A DNA stretch of 64,000 bases from Acidimicrobiia bacterium (GTDB taxonomy: Bacteria; Actinomycetota; Acidimicrobiia; Spongiisociales; JAHEDJ01), in assembly GCA_029210695.1 (NCBI GenBank), contig JARGFH010000003.1, positions 1 to 64,000 of the forward strand. Direction: 5' to 3'. The number at the start of each line of letters is the position of its first letter. The stretch's first letter is position 1. The translations under genes were made by a program, and so were the position numbers. The notes under the pieces were generated by a model. It was not told the DNA's origin. It searched no databases and saw nothing but the letters and a program-made list of their open reading frames with translations. Below, one piece after another: positions 50,804 through 60,595 of the stretch.

Positions 50804-52066
50804 TCATTTGGCGCTTGCGATGTCCCGGCGGAACTGCCGGCCGGCCCACGTGACCTTGGCGGCTGCCGCATATGCCCGTTGGCGGGCGGTCTCGGTGTTC
50901 GGCCCGGTTCCGACGATATTCAGCACCCGGCCGCCAGCGGTGATTATCCGACCGTCGTCGATCGCCGTGCCCGCGTGGAAAACGAGCACACCTTCGTCTG
51001 CGGCCGCGGCGTTGATGCCCGAGATTGGATCGCCCTTTCGTGGCGCCTCCGGGTAGCCGTCGGCGGCCAGAACAACGTTGACTGCTGCTCCCTCGAACCA
51101 GGTGACCGTTCGGATGCTCAAGCTCCCATCGAGCGAAGCAAGGAGCAACTCCATCAGATCGTCCTCCATCAGGGGCAGCACGACCTGCGTCTCAGGATCG
51201 CCGAGCCGGCAGTTGAACTCGAGCACCTTGGGTCCGTCGGCAGTCAGAACGAGTCCTGCGTAGATGAAACCCACGTACGGATTTCCGTCGGCGGCCATGG
51301 TCTGGAGGACCGGGTCGATGACCTGCGTCATCGTATGCTCGACGATCCCGTCTGGAAGCCCATCGACGGGCGAGTAGCAGCCCATGCCGCCGGTATTGGG
51401 ACCGGCATCTCCATCTGCGAGGCGCTTGTAATCCCGGGCCGGTACCAATGGCAGAGCGTTGGTCCCATCGCAGATGGCGAAGACACTCAACTCGGGGCCG
51501 TCGAGGAACTCCTCGATGACAACCGTGTGACCCGCCGCCCCGAAATCCCCGTTGAGGCAGCGGTCCACCCAGGCGCCGGCCGCACTCCGGTCTTCCGTTA
51601 CGAGCACGCCCTTGCCCGCCGCCAGACCATCTGCTTTCACGACGAAGGGACCGGGCATCCCGGCCAGGTAGGTGAGGGCTGAGTCGCGTTCGGAGAAAGC
51701 CTGCCAGGCGGCGGTTGCAACGCCGGCGCGATCCATGATCGCTTTGGCGAACTGTTTCGAACCCTCCAAGCGGGCGGCCGCCTTCGACGGGCCGAAGGCC
51801 GCAATCCCTCTTCCGGCCAGGGCATCGACCAACCCGGCTGCCAGCGGATCTTCCGGGCCGACTACCACGAGGTCGACCTGCTGTGCCTCTGCCATGTGGG
51901 CTACTGCACCAACGTCGGTGGCGTCGATTCCCTCGACGGTGCTGCCGAGGCCGGCCAGCCCCGGATTGCCGGGCAGCGAAATCAGCTCATGAACGAGCGG
52001 GCTTTGCGTGATCTTCCAACCGAGTGCGTGTTCCCGGCCCCCACCTCCGACGAGCAGGACCTTCAC
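50804..52066 (-). CDS. purD: GAR synthetase
   Basis: GGGGREHAL, VGPE, KADGLAAGKGV, GPNTGGMG, EFNCRLGDPE. Confidence 0.96.
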   Translation of the reverse strand: MKVLLVGGGGREHALGWKITQSPLVHELISLPGNPGLAGLGSTVEGIDATDVGAVAHMAEAQQVDLVVVGPEDPLAAGLVDALAGRGIAAFGPSKAAARLEGSKQFAKAIMDRAGVATAAWQAFSERDSALTYLAGMPGPFVVKADGLAAGKGVLVTEDRSAAGAWVDRCLNGDFGAAGHTVVIEEFLDGPELSVFAICDGTNALPLVPARDYKRLADGDAGPNTGGMGCYSPVDGLPDGIVEHTMTQVIDPVLQTMAADGNPYVGFIYAGLVLTADGPKVLEFNCRLGDPETQVVLPLMEDDLMELLLASLDGSLSIRTVTWFEGAAVNVVLAADGYPEAPRKGDPISGINAAAADEGVLVFHAGTAIDDGRIITAGGRVLNIVGTGPNTETARQRAYAAAAKVTWAGRQFRRDIASAK

Positions 52067-53337
52067 GTCTTCTCCACCAACTGCTGGCGTTCAGGGCCCA
52101 CTGAAATCCACCGGATCGGAACTCCGATGTTCGATTCAATGAACTCGATGTAGTTGCGGGCCTCCTGCGGCAACTCGTGGTAGTGGCGGACCCCGGTGAT
52201 GTCGGTGCCCCAGCCCGCAAACTCCTGATAGACGGGGACGCAGTCGTAGAGGACCCGCTGCTGGCGCGGGAACTCGTCATGCCGCTCTCCTGCGGAGGTG
52301 TAGGCCAAGCCCACCTTGAGGGTGTCGAAGTGGGAGAGCACGTCGAGTTTGGTGAGGAACAAATCGGTAAGGCCGTTGATTCGAACCGCATAGCGGAGGG
52401 CGACGAGGTCCAGCCACCCGCATCGGCGGCGGCGGCCGGTGACCGTTCCAAACTCGCCGCCGATCTCCACCATTCGATCGCCGACCTCATCTTCGAGCTC
52501 GGTGGGGAACGGGCCCGTTCCAACGCGGGATATATAGGCTTTGGCAATCCCGACTACTCGATGGACGTCCTTTGGTCCGATGCCAACGCCCGTCAGCACA
52601 CCCCCGGCCGTTGGGCTGGACGATGTGACGAACGGGTACGTTCCGTGATCGATGTCGAGCAACGTCCCCTGGGCCCCCTCGAAGATGACTTCCTTGCCGT
52701 CCCGGATCGCTTCCCACAGCAGCAGGGAGGTGTCACTGACGAGCGGCAGGAGCCGCTCGGCGTAGGCGAGGTACTCGTCGGCGATGGGACCCGGATCCAT
52801 CGGGAGCTGGTTGTAGATCCTGGTCAAGATCTTGTTCTTCTCTTCGAGGGCTACCTCGAGCTTCTTGCGGAAGATCTTCGGGTCGAACAGATCCTGGACC
52901 CGGATGCCGTGGCGGGCGTACTTGTCCGTGTAGGCGGGTCCGATGCCTTTCTTGGTGGTGCCGATCTGGCTTCGCCCGAGGTAGCGTTCCATCATCGCAT
53001 CGAGCTTGCGGTGATAGGGCATGATCAGATGAGCGTTCGACGAGATCCTGAGGCGGCTCGTATCGATCCCCTTGTCGGCGAGCATGTCGATCTCGGCTAG
53101 AAGCACTTTCGGGTCGATGACCATGCCGGAGGCGATCACGGGAATCACCTGGGGGTACAGGACTCCGCTGGGGATGAGCGAGAGAGCCAGCCGCTGATCT
53201 CCGACGATGATCGTATGACCGGCGTTGTTGCCACCCTGGTACCGAACGACGTAGTCCGCCGTCTCCGAGAAGTAGTCGGTTGCCCGACCCTTTCCCTCGT
53301 CTCCCCACTGAACTCCTAGAACTGCCGTGGCGGGCAT
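52063..53337 (-). CDS. purA: Adenylosuccinate synthetase
   Basis: QWGDEGKG, GGNNAGHT, EGAQG, GTVTGRRRRCGW, TKLDVL. Confidence 0.97.
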   Translation of the reverse strand: MPATAVLGVQWGDEGKGRATDYFSETADYVVRYQGGNNAGHTIIVGDQRLALSLIPSGVLYPQVIPVIASGMVIDPKVLLAEIDMLADKGIDTSRLRISSNAHLIMPYHRKLDAMMERYLGRSQIGTTKKGIGPAYTDKYARHGIRVQDLFDPKIFRKKLEVALEEKNKILTRIYNQLPMDPGPIADEYLAYAERLLPLVSDTSLLLWEAIRDGKEVIFEGAQGTLLDIDHGTYPFVTSSSPTAGGVLTGVGIGPKDVHRVVGIAKAYISRVGTGPFPTELEDEVGDRMVEIGGEFGTVTGRRRRCGWLDLVALRYAVRINGLTDLFLTKLDVLSHFDTLKVGLAYTSAGERHDEFPRQQRVLYDCVPVYQEFAGWGTDITGVRHYHELPQEARNYIEFIESNIGVPIRWISVGPERQQLVEKT

Positions 53338-53432
53338 GGATCCTCCTCGCGAGCCGCCATGCGACATCGTAGCCCCGGTGTGTCGGTGGGCAGACGCGTG
53401 GAGGGGTCGTACACTGAGTCGCCGGAGGAACG

Positions 53433-54041
53433 ATGCCAAGGATTCGTGCGGGCAATATCGAACAGCACAAGGAACTGACCCGCGGTCAGATCCTCGAGGC
53501 TGCACAGGAGCTATTCAGTGAGCACGGTTACCGGGAAACTGCGCTCGGCGACATTGCTGCTTCCGTGGGCATCGGGCGCACGACGCTCTATGAGTATTTC
53601 AAAGACAAGGAGGACTTGCTGGCATCGCTTGTGGACGAAACTCTCCCGCAGGTGTTCCGTGAAATGGCCGAACAGGTCGACGCCTCCGCCTCTTTTCTCG
53701 ATCAGCTGGCCGGTCTGGCCGTTAGTTTGACGGAGTGGGTCGTGACGGACCCGACGCTGGGTCTCCTGCTGCATCGAGAGGTACCCCGCCTGTCCGACGA
53801 GACGCAGCAGCGGATCCTCTCCGCGCATGCCGACCTCTCGAAGGAATATGCCAGGATCTACCGAGGAGGGGTGATGGGTGGCGAGATGCGAGCCCTTCCA
53901 TGGGATCTCGCCGGGCGTTTCGTCCAGGACCTCGTGATGTCGGCATCGAAAGTACTCCTTGACTCGGAGGATCCTAAGAAGCGCATGCGCGAAGTGTGTG
54001 ATGCGATGGTCGACTTCCTCAAGAACGGTATCGGAGCCTGA
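53433..54041 (+). CDS. TetR/AcrR family regulator
   Basis: N-terminal HTH IAASVGIGRTTLYEYF. Confidence 0.9.
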   Translation: MPRIRAGNIEQHKELTRGQILEAAQELFSEHGYRETALGDIAASVGIGRTTLYEYFKDKEDLLASLVDETLPQVFREMAEQVDASASFLDQLAGLAVSLTEWVVTDPTLGLLLHREVPRLSDETQQRILSAHADLSKEYARIYRGGVMGGEMRALPWDLAGRFVQDLVMSASKVLLDSEDPKKRMREVCDAMVDFLKNGIGA

Positions 54042-54043
54042 GC

Positions 54044-55237
54044 GTGCGAACGCTGTTTCGTGGAGGGCACCTTTTCGACGGTGAGTCGCTCGGCCTTGCG
54101 GACGTTGTTGTCGAAGGCGATCGGATCGTCGATGTGGGACCCGGCCTCGATGCGGATTCCTCCGTCGATTGCGCCGGCAAGACGATCCTGCCCGGCTTGT
54201 TCGACACGCACGTTCACCTCGTCCTCTCACACATCAACGTCTGGCAGATTCTCCAGACACCTTTCTCCTATCGCTACTACGAAGCGATGCACAACATGGC
54301 GGCGACCGTTCGGGCCGGGATCACGACGGTTCGTGACGCCGGCGGCGCCGACCTGGGCATGAAGGAGGCAGTCGAGAACGGTCTCATCGTCGGACCGCGT
54401 ATGCACATCGCCTTGTCGATGCTCAGCCAGACGGGTGGCCACGGCGACGGATGGCTACCGTCCGGCGCCAGCGCCGATTTTCTGCCGTCCTACCCTGGTA
54501 TGCCGTCGACGATCGTCGATGGAGCCGAGGAGATGCGCAAGAAAGTGCGCGAACTCGTGCGAGCAGGGGCAGACGTCATCAAGGTGGCGACGTCCGGGGG
54601 AGTGCTGTCACCGCGCGACGAGCCGACCCATGCACATTTCAGTCTCGAAGAACTCGAGATGCTGGTCGCCGAGGCGTCGGCGGCCGGCCTCTGGGTGATG
54701 GCCCACGCCCAGGCGACGGACGGCATCAAGAACGCTATCCGGGCCGGGATCCGCTCGATCGATCATGGGATCTATCTCGATGATGAAGCGATCGGGATGA
54801 TGCTCGAACGCGGCACGTTCCTGGTTCCGACTCTTGTCGCTCCGCGAGGTGTTACCAAGGCTGTCGAGGCCGGCGCTCAGATTCCGGAGGCGTCGATCCG
54901 CAAGGCTGAGGAGGTGGTCGAAGCGCACCGAGATTCATTCAGGCGGGCCGTGCAGGCCGGTGTGAAGATCGCAATGGGAACCGACAGCGGCGTCACACCG
55001 CACGGCGACAACCTCGAAGAGCTGACGCTGATGGTAGAAGGCGGGATGACGCCGCTCGCGGCGCTCACGGCCACGACCAGGACCGCCGCCGAACTCATGG
55101 GGATGGCCGACCAGTTGGGGACGGTCGAAGCCGGCAAGGTCGCCGATCTAGTAGTGGTCGGCGGCGATCCGTTCGAGTTCGACACCCTCGGACGACGAGT
55201 CGAGCAGGTCTGGATGGCCGGATCCCAGGTGATCTGA
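54044..55237 (+). CDS. Metal-dependent amidohydrolase (prolidase-like)
   Basis: PGLFDTHVH, GITTVRDAG, IKV, AHA, DHG, GTD. Confidence 0.9.
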   Translation: MRTLFRGGHLFDGESLGLADVVVEGDRIVDVGPGLDADSSVDCAGKTILPGLFDTHVHLVLSHINVWQILQTPFSYRYYEAMHNMAATVRAGITTVRDAGGADLGMKEAVENGLIVGPRMHIALSMLSQTGGHGDGWLPSGASADFLPSYPGMPSTIVDGAEEMRKKVRELVRAGADVIKVATSGGVLSPRDEPTHAHFSLEELEMLVAEASAAGLWVMAHAQATDGIKNAIRAGIRSIDHGIYLDDEAIGMMLERGTFLVPTLVAPRGVTKAVEAGAQIPEASIRKAEEVVEAHRDSFRRAVQAGVKIAMGTDSGVTPHGDNLEELTLMVEGGMTPLAALTATTRTAAELMGMADQLGTVEAGKVADLVVVGGDPFEFDTLGRRVEQVWMAGSQVI

Positions 55238-55240
55238 CCC

Positions 55241-55288
55241 TTCTGGCGTCAAAAAGCGCGCAATTGTGGCGGGTTCCTGACGCCAGAA
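55241..55288. repeat. Single palindromic element
   Basis: TTCTGGCGTCA-N26-TGACGCCAGAA. Confidence 0.7.
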
Positions 55289-55328
55289 CGGGAGGGGATT
55301 CCGGCTCGGCTAGCGTAGGCAGCGACCT

Positions 55329-57365
55329 ATGAAACCGAGCACCAGATATATCGATCGTGAGCTTTCCTGGCTCGACTTCAACTCCAGAGTCCTTCATATT
55401 GCCGAGGATCCGGACACGCCTCTCCTCGAGCGGATCAAGTTCCTTGCCATCTTCACAACGAACCTCGACGAATTCTTCGAGATCCGCGTGGCCGGGATCC
55501 TCGAGCAGGTTGCGGCCGGCGTTCGACGGCCCGCCCAGGGTGGCATGTATCCGATATCGCAGCTCCGGGCGATTCGTGCGCGGGTCGAGGAGATGTATGT
55601 GCGTGTCGACACCGTGTTGCGCGAGGAGATCATCCCCGGACTCGCAAAGGAGGGTGTCCATTTCCGTTCGTGGGAGGAGCTGAGCGACGCCGACAAAGCG
55701 TTCTTGACCGTCCAGTTCCACACCAGGGTTTTCCCGGTGGTAACTCCCTTGTCTGTCGACCCTGGTCATCCGTTTCCGTACCTCTCCAACATGTCGCTCA
55801 ACCTGGCGGTCACGGTGCGGGATCCGTCGAGCGGGAAGTCCCGGTTCGCCAGGGTCAAGGTTCCGCCGATCCTGCCGCGCTTCCTGGTTCTCCCGGGCGG
55901 TGAACAGATCATCGCCCTCGAGCAAGTCATTGCAGCCCATCTCGACTTCCTATTCCCCGGCATGGAGATCGTCTCGCACGTCGCCTTCCGCGTGACCCGC
56001 AACGCCGACATCACCATCGAGGAGGAAGAGGCCGACGATCTGCTCGAGTTCATCGAGAGCGAACTCAGTCGGCGGCGACTCGGCCGGGTCGTTCGCCTCG
56101 AGGTCGAGCCCGGCATCACAGATGATTCGCTCGGGTTGCTGGTCCGCGAACTCAACATCGCCCCGGAGCAGGTATACGTTACGGAGGGGCCGCTCGATAT
56201 GACCGGTTTCTGGGGTCTCTACGATCTGGAGCGTCCCGACCTGAAATGGGATCGCTACGTCTGGGTCACTCCTCGCCAGCTGGCCTCGATTCCCGGCGAA
56301 CGGATGAACATCTTCGATCGGATTCGCGAGGGTGACATCTTCGTGCAGCATCCATACGACTCGTTTGCCGCCTCCGTCGAGGAGTTGGTGAACCAGGCGG
56401 CCAACGATCCGAAGGTGCTGGCCATCAAGCAGACCCTCTATCGAACCTCTGCCGAATCCCCATCGATGCGCTCGCTCATCGCCGCGGCCGAAGCAGGCAA
56501 ACAGGTGGTGGCACTGGTCGAACTCAAGGCGAGGTTCGACGAGCGAGCCAACATCGAATGGGCCCGGCGCCTCGAGGAGTCGAGCGTCCACGTCGTATAT
56601 GGTCTCGTAGGGCTCAAAACGCATACCAAGACAACCCTGGTCGTGCGTGACGACGGTGACGAGATTCGGCGTTACTCACATGTGGGAACCGGGAACTACC
56701 ACGACAAGACCGCCAGGATCTACGAGGACATCGGGCTCCTGACTGCCGATCCCGAGATCGGAGCCGACCTCTCCGACCTCTTCAACTACTTGACGGGATA
56801 CAGCAAACAGGTCGACTATCGCAAACTCCTGGTCTCGCCGATCACGCTTCGAGACCGAATGATCAGGCTCATCCGCCGGGAGGCCAAACGCGAGGATGGC
56901 CACATCGTCATGAAGATGAACTCACTCGTCGACGGTGGCATGATTCGTGAGCTCTACAAGGCCTCGCAGAAAGGCACGCCCGTTGACCTGATCGTGCGAG
57001 GAATCTGCTGCTTGCGACCAGGAGTAGAAGGCAGATCCGAAAATATCACTGTCCGGTCGCTGGTCGGCAAGTATCTCGAGCACTCGCGGATTTACCGGTT
57101 TGGCACCCATGAAAGAGGGTATGACTACCTCATAGGTTCCGCGGATCTCATGCCGCGTAACCTCGACCGCCGGGTTGAGGTGGTTGTGCCGATCGGTGAC
57201 CCAACCCACCACGACCGCCTCGACGAGATCTTCGAGATCCTCTTCGCCGATGATCAGCTCGCATGGGAACTTCACCCGGACGGCAAATGGAGCAAAGTCG
57301 CGGCCGGGGGCGGAGTGAATGCGCATCTTCGCCTCCAGGAGTTGGCAATCGAACGTACGAGGTGA
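55329..57365 (+). CDS. ppk1: Polyphosphate kinase 1
   Basis: RELSWLDFN, NLDEFF, ELKARFDE, KTHTK, LEHSR, SADLMPRNL. Confidence 0.96.
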   Translation: MKPSTRYIDRELSWLDFNSRVLHIAEDPDTPLLERIKFLAIFTTNLDEFFEIRVAGILEQVAAGVRRPAQGGMYPISQLRAIRARVEEMYVRVDTVLREEIIPGLAKEGVHFRSWEELSDADKAFLTVQFHTRVFPVVTPLSVDPGHPFPYLSNMSLNLAVTVRDPSSGKSRFARVKVPPILPRFLVLPGGEQIIALEQVIAAHLDFLFPGMEIVSHVAFRVTRNADITIEEEEADDLLEFIESELSRRRLGRVVRLEVEPGITDDSLGLLVRELNIAPEQVYVTEGPLDMTGFWGLYDLERPDLKWDRYVWVTPRQLASIPGERMNIFDRIREGDIFVQHPYDSFAASVEELVNQAANDPKVLAIKQTLYRTSAESPSMRSLIAAAEAGKQVVALVELKARFDERANIEWARRLEESSVHVVYGLVGLKTHTKTTLVVRDDGDEIRRYSHVGTGNYHDKTARIYEDIGLLTADPEIGADLSDLFNYLTGYSKQVDYRKLLVSPITLRDRMIRLIRREAKREDGHIVMKMNSLVDGGMIRELYKASQKGTPVDLIVRGICCLRPGVEGRSENITVRSLVGKYLEHSRIYRFGTHERGYDYLIGSADLMPRNLDRRVEVVVPIGDPTHHDRLDEIFEILFADDQLAWELHPDGKWSKVAAGGGVNAHLRLQELAIERTR

Positions 57366-58840
57366 ACGTGCTCGAGCGTGAGCTGAAGCTCGCCGTCGGA
57401 GATGCCTTTGATTCTTCTGCGCTCAGCGGGCGGCTCGGCCCTTGGCAGCTCGAGCTCCTCGAGTCGGTGGCTCTTGATGCCGAGTATTACGACACCACCG
57501 ATTTCCGGTTGCTCCGCAGCGGAATCTCATTGCGGTTCAGGGAGGGTTGGATGGTCAAGCTGGCGCAGCCGTCCGATCGACCCGAGCTTTTGCAGCGGAT
57601 CGAGATACCGTTCGACGGTCCTGAAGGGAGCATTCCGGCTGGTGTGCTCGACCTGACTCGTTCCGCCGCTCGCTCGGCCCCGGTGCTGCCCGTCGCGCGA
57701 TTGTCGACGGCCCGTCAGACATTTGCCCTTCGTGACGACGCCGGAGTCGATCTGGCTGAAATCGTCTTCGACGAGGTGGAATCAGCCGCGAAGGGCCGGG
57801 CGCATGTGGAGTTTCGGGAACTCGAGATCGAGCTGGCGGAAGGGGCGCCGGTTTCCGTGCTCGGTCCGGTGGTTGCGCGACTCAGGCAGTTGGGCGCAGG
57901 TGGAGTGATCGCAATTCCCAAGCTTGCTCGTGCGGTGGGAATGTCGGCGGTGCCGGAGGCCGTGGTACCGGTCTGGGAACCCGGAGCGGCGCCGGCCGTA
58001 ACCGAGATCGTTCATGGTGCCATCGCCAGATCGGTGCGCCGTTTCTTGGACCACTGCCCGGCCGTCATTCTCGACGAGGATCCGGAGGGGGTGCACCAGG
58101 CCAGGGTGGCCATCAGGCGTCTCCGCTCCGACCTTCGCACCTTTCGCCGTTTCCTCAACCGGACCTGGGCCGATCAGCTCAGGACTGATCTCCGCGCCCT
58201 CACCGACCTCCTGGGGAGCGTGCGCGATCTCGATGTGCTAAAGCTCCGGTTGGCGCTTCTGCTGGAGGACGTTCCTGACCCCGAACGAGAGGCTGCCGAG
58301 GCGATCATCGCCACGCTGAGCGCCGAGCGAGCGGACGCTCACCAACGAGTTGTCGAGGCGCTTCGGGAGGATTGGTTTCTCTCTCTGCTCAATCGTTTGG
58401 TGGCGGCGGCCAACGCACCTCACGTCACCAAACTGGCAGGGAAACCGGTCGATCCCACTCTCTTGAAGTTGGCGCGCAAACCCTGGCGAGTCCTGGTAGC
58501 CGCAGTCGGTCAACTCCCCGAGCTGCCGTCACCGGATGAACTGCATAGCGTCCGGATCCTGGCGAAGCGGACCCGGTATGCCGCGGAGGCCTTGATTCCG
58601 GTGGTCGGGGCGAATGCGGAGCTCTTTGCCGTTCGCCTCTCCGAACTGCAGGATGTGCTCGGCGAACATCAGGACGCGGTGGTCGCCGCCGCCTGGCTCC
58701 GGCGTCGCCATCCATCCCAGGCCCTGGCGGCGGGGGAGCTCATCGGTTTCGAAGTAGCGCGGGCCAACCGGGCTGCCGAGGGATGGCGGGACGTCTGGGA
58801 GTCGATCAACCGCCACCCGATGACTTCCTGGATGGGGTGA
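57362..58840 (+). CDS. CYTH + CHAD domain protein
   Basis: ERELK, YYDT, ELEIEL, HQARVAIRRLRS, KRTRY, LQDVLG..QD. Confidence 0.9.
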   Translation: MNVLERELKLAVGDAFDSSALSGRLGPWQLELLESVALDAEYYDTTDFRLLRSGISLRFREGWMVKLAQPSDRPELLQRIEIPFDGPEGSIPAGVLDLTRSAARSAPVLPVARLSTARQTFALRDDAGVDLAEIVFDEVESAAKGRAHVEFRELEIELAEGAPVSVLGPVVARLRQLGAGGVIAIPKLARAVGMSAVPEAVVPVWEPGAAPAVTEIVHGAIARSVRRFLDHCPAVILDEDPEGVHQARVAIRRLRSDLRTFRRFLNRTWADQLRTDLRALTDLLGSVRDLDVLKLRLALLLEDVPDPEREAAEAIIATLSAERADAHQRVVEALREDWFLSLLNRLVAAANAPHVTKLAGKPVDPTLLKLARKPWRVLVAAVGQLPELPSPDELHSVRILAKRTRYAAEALIPVVGANAELFAVRLSELQDVLGEHQDAVVAAAWLRRRHPSQALAAGELIGFEVARANRAAEGWRDVWESINRHPMTSWMG

Positions 58841-58945
58841 AGAGGCCCGCGGCGTTGTCAATTGACCGGACCGGACTCGCGACCTGAAATCGCCATCTAT
58901 GATCGCCGGGTCGACTCATCGCACCCGCGAGCAGGAGGGATATGG

Positions 58946-59683
58946 ATGCCGGCAGCGAGGACAACCCAGAGAAGTGTCATCGCGGTTCTGGCGTTTGCCG
59001 TGCTCTTCGGCATAGGAGCGGTCGCCGGAGCGCAGGAGCAGACCGTGGAGTCGACGACACCGACTGAATCTCGGGAGGTCAACGTGGCCGGCCAGGCCGT
59101 GTATGACTCGGTGTGCTTCGCCTGCCACCAACCGAACGGGGAAGGCTCCAGCGTTTTCCCGCCGTTGTATCCGAATCCTCATGTTGAGGACGCGGCCTAC
59201 GTCGAGGACGTTATCCGCAACGGCCGGACGGGTGAGATCGTGGTCAATGGTGTCACCTACAACAGCTCCATGCCGGCGCAGAATCTCACGGACGAGGAGA
59301 TCGTTGCGGTCATCGACTATGTGCAGAACGATCTCGGTCGCCTGCCGGTCGTCGTCGGTGAGACCGCAGAGGCAGATGCGTTCCCGTGGGGGCTGGTCGC
59401 GCTCTTCACCCTTGTGTCTGTGCTGGCCGTCGGAATCGCCTACGTCATAGTGACACCGGGTGCGCAGGGATTCACGTGGGCACGGGCCTGGTGGCTGGCC
59501 ATCATCGTGTTCCTCTATTTCGCGATCGGAACGGTGTGGCTTCCCGACTATGTGATCAACGAACCGACCCTGAAGTCGATGCCGGATCTCGTCAAGGACC
59601 TCGCCGCCTCAAGTGCCTGGTTCGTTGCTTTGGCTGTGGGGATCTACGCACTCCGGCTCCTCCAGAAACAGGGGCGGGTCTAG
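58946..59683 (+). CDS. Membrane-anchored monoheme cytochrome c
   Basis: Signal peptide, CFACH, distal MP, three C-terminal TM helices. Confidence 0.88.
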   Translation: MPAARTTQRSVIAVLAFAVLFGIGAVAGAQEQTVESTTPTESREVNVAGQAVYDSVCFACHQPNGEGSSVFPPLYPNPHVEDAAYVEDVIRNGRTGEIVVNGVTYNSSMPAQNLTDEEIVAVIDYVQNDLGRLPVVVGETAEADAFPWGLVALFTLVSVLAVGIAYVIVTPGAQGFTWARAWWLAIIVFLYFAIGTVWLPDYVINEPTLKSMPDLVKDLAASSAWFVALAVGIYALRLLQKQGRV

Positions 59684-59929
59684 GCGAGCGCAGCGCGCTC
59701 GCCGTTACCACGTGTTGCGCAGAACCAGCTCGATTCGCCGGCCGGCGCCGTTCTCGACCCGCGACGTCGAGAGCGGGCGATTCTTGGTACGGAACGCTCG
59801 TGCTGTTGAGTCCCCCAACGTTTTCCGAGGCTATGTTGCCATCGTCGTCGGGCGTCCTCTATGCTCGCCCGCGTTGCGTACCGAGTTCCGACGAGCCGCC
59901 GACCGACGTCTGGTGGAAGAGTAAGGACC

Positions 59930-60070
59930 ATGGAAGAGACCACATCCACTGAGGAACAGCTCCATCCGAAAGGAACGTTGCTTGTCCTGGCGATATTCGT
60001 TCTCGTTCTGATCTTGCTGTGGGCGACCGTGTATTTGATTCTGCTCTCGAGAGGGATGACGACCGTATGA
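59930..60070 (+). CDS. ba3-type oxidase subunit IIa
   Basis: 46 aa single TM, PKGTL...W..VY..LL.RG. Confidence 0.85.
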   Translation: MEETTSTEEQLHPKGTLLVLAIFVLVLILLWATVYLILLSRGMTTV

Positions 60071-60579
60071 CCGAGGTTCCCGGCGACGGCTCAGTCCAGA
60101 CGTCGCTCCACATCGATCCGTATGAGCGGAACTGGATGCGCCTCACGGTGGTGCTCTTGGTGGTGTTCGCCACAGCCGTCACCATCGCCGGGTTTGCCCT
60201 CGGTTTTCAGGTGCCCAGTCCCGAAGAGCGCGTCGACCCGAACACGGTTGCGATTGGAGATGGGCCTTTCGCAGAACCCGGCTTGCGCGAATACCCGGAC
60301 GGAAGCTACGACCTCTACATCGTCTCGCAAATGTTCTCCTTCACTCCCAACGAGGTGACGATTCCTGCCGGTTCGGAGGTCACCTTCTACGTCACTTCGG
60401 TCGACGTCCAGCACGGTTTCAAGCTCCAGAACACCAACGTGAACATGCAGATCGTTCCGGGGCAAGTTTCGAAACTGACGATGACCTTCGACGAACCCGG
60501 CACGTACGACTTCATCTGTACCGAGTACTGCGGCAGTGCCCACGCGCAGATGTACGGCACGCTGACCGTCGAGAAGTGA
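60067..60579 (+). CDS. cbaB: ba3-type cytochrome c oxidase subunit II (CuA)
   Basis: YERNW, single TM, DVQHGF, CTEYCGSAHAQM. Confidence 0.93.
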   Translation: MTEVPGDGSVQTSLHIDPYERNWMRLTVVLLVVFATAVTIAGFALGFQVPSPEERVDPNTVAIGDGPFAEPGLREYPDGSYDLYIVSQMFSFTPNEVTIPAGSEVTFYVTSVDVQHGFKLQNTNVNMQIVPGQVSKLTMTFDEPGTYDFICTEYCGSAHAQMYGTLTVEK

Positions 60580-60595
60580 GCGCAAAGGGATTGAG

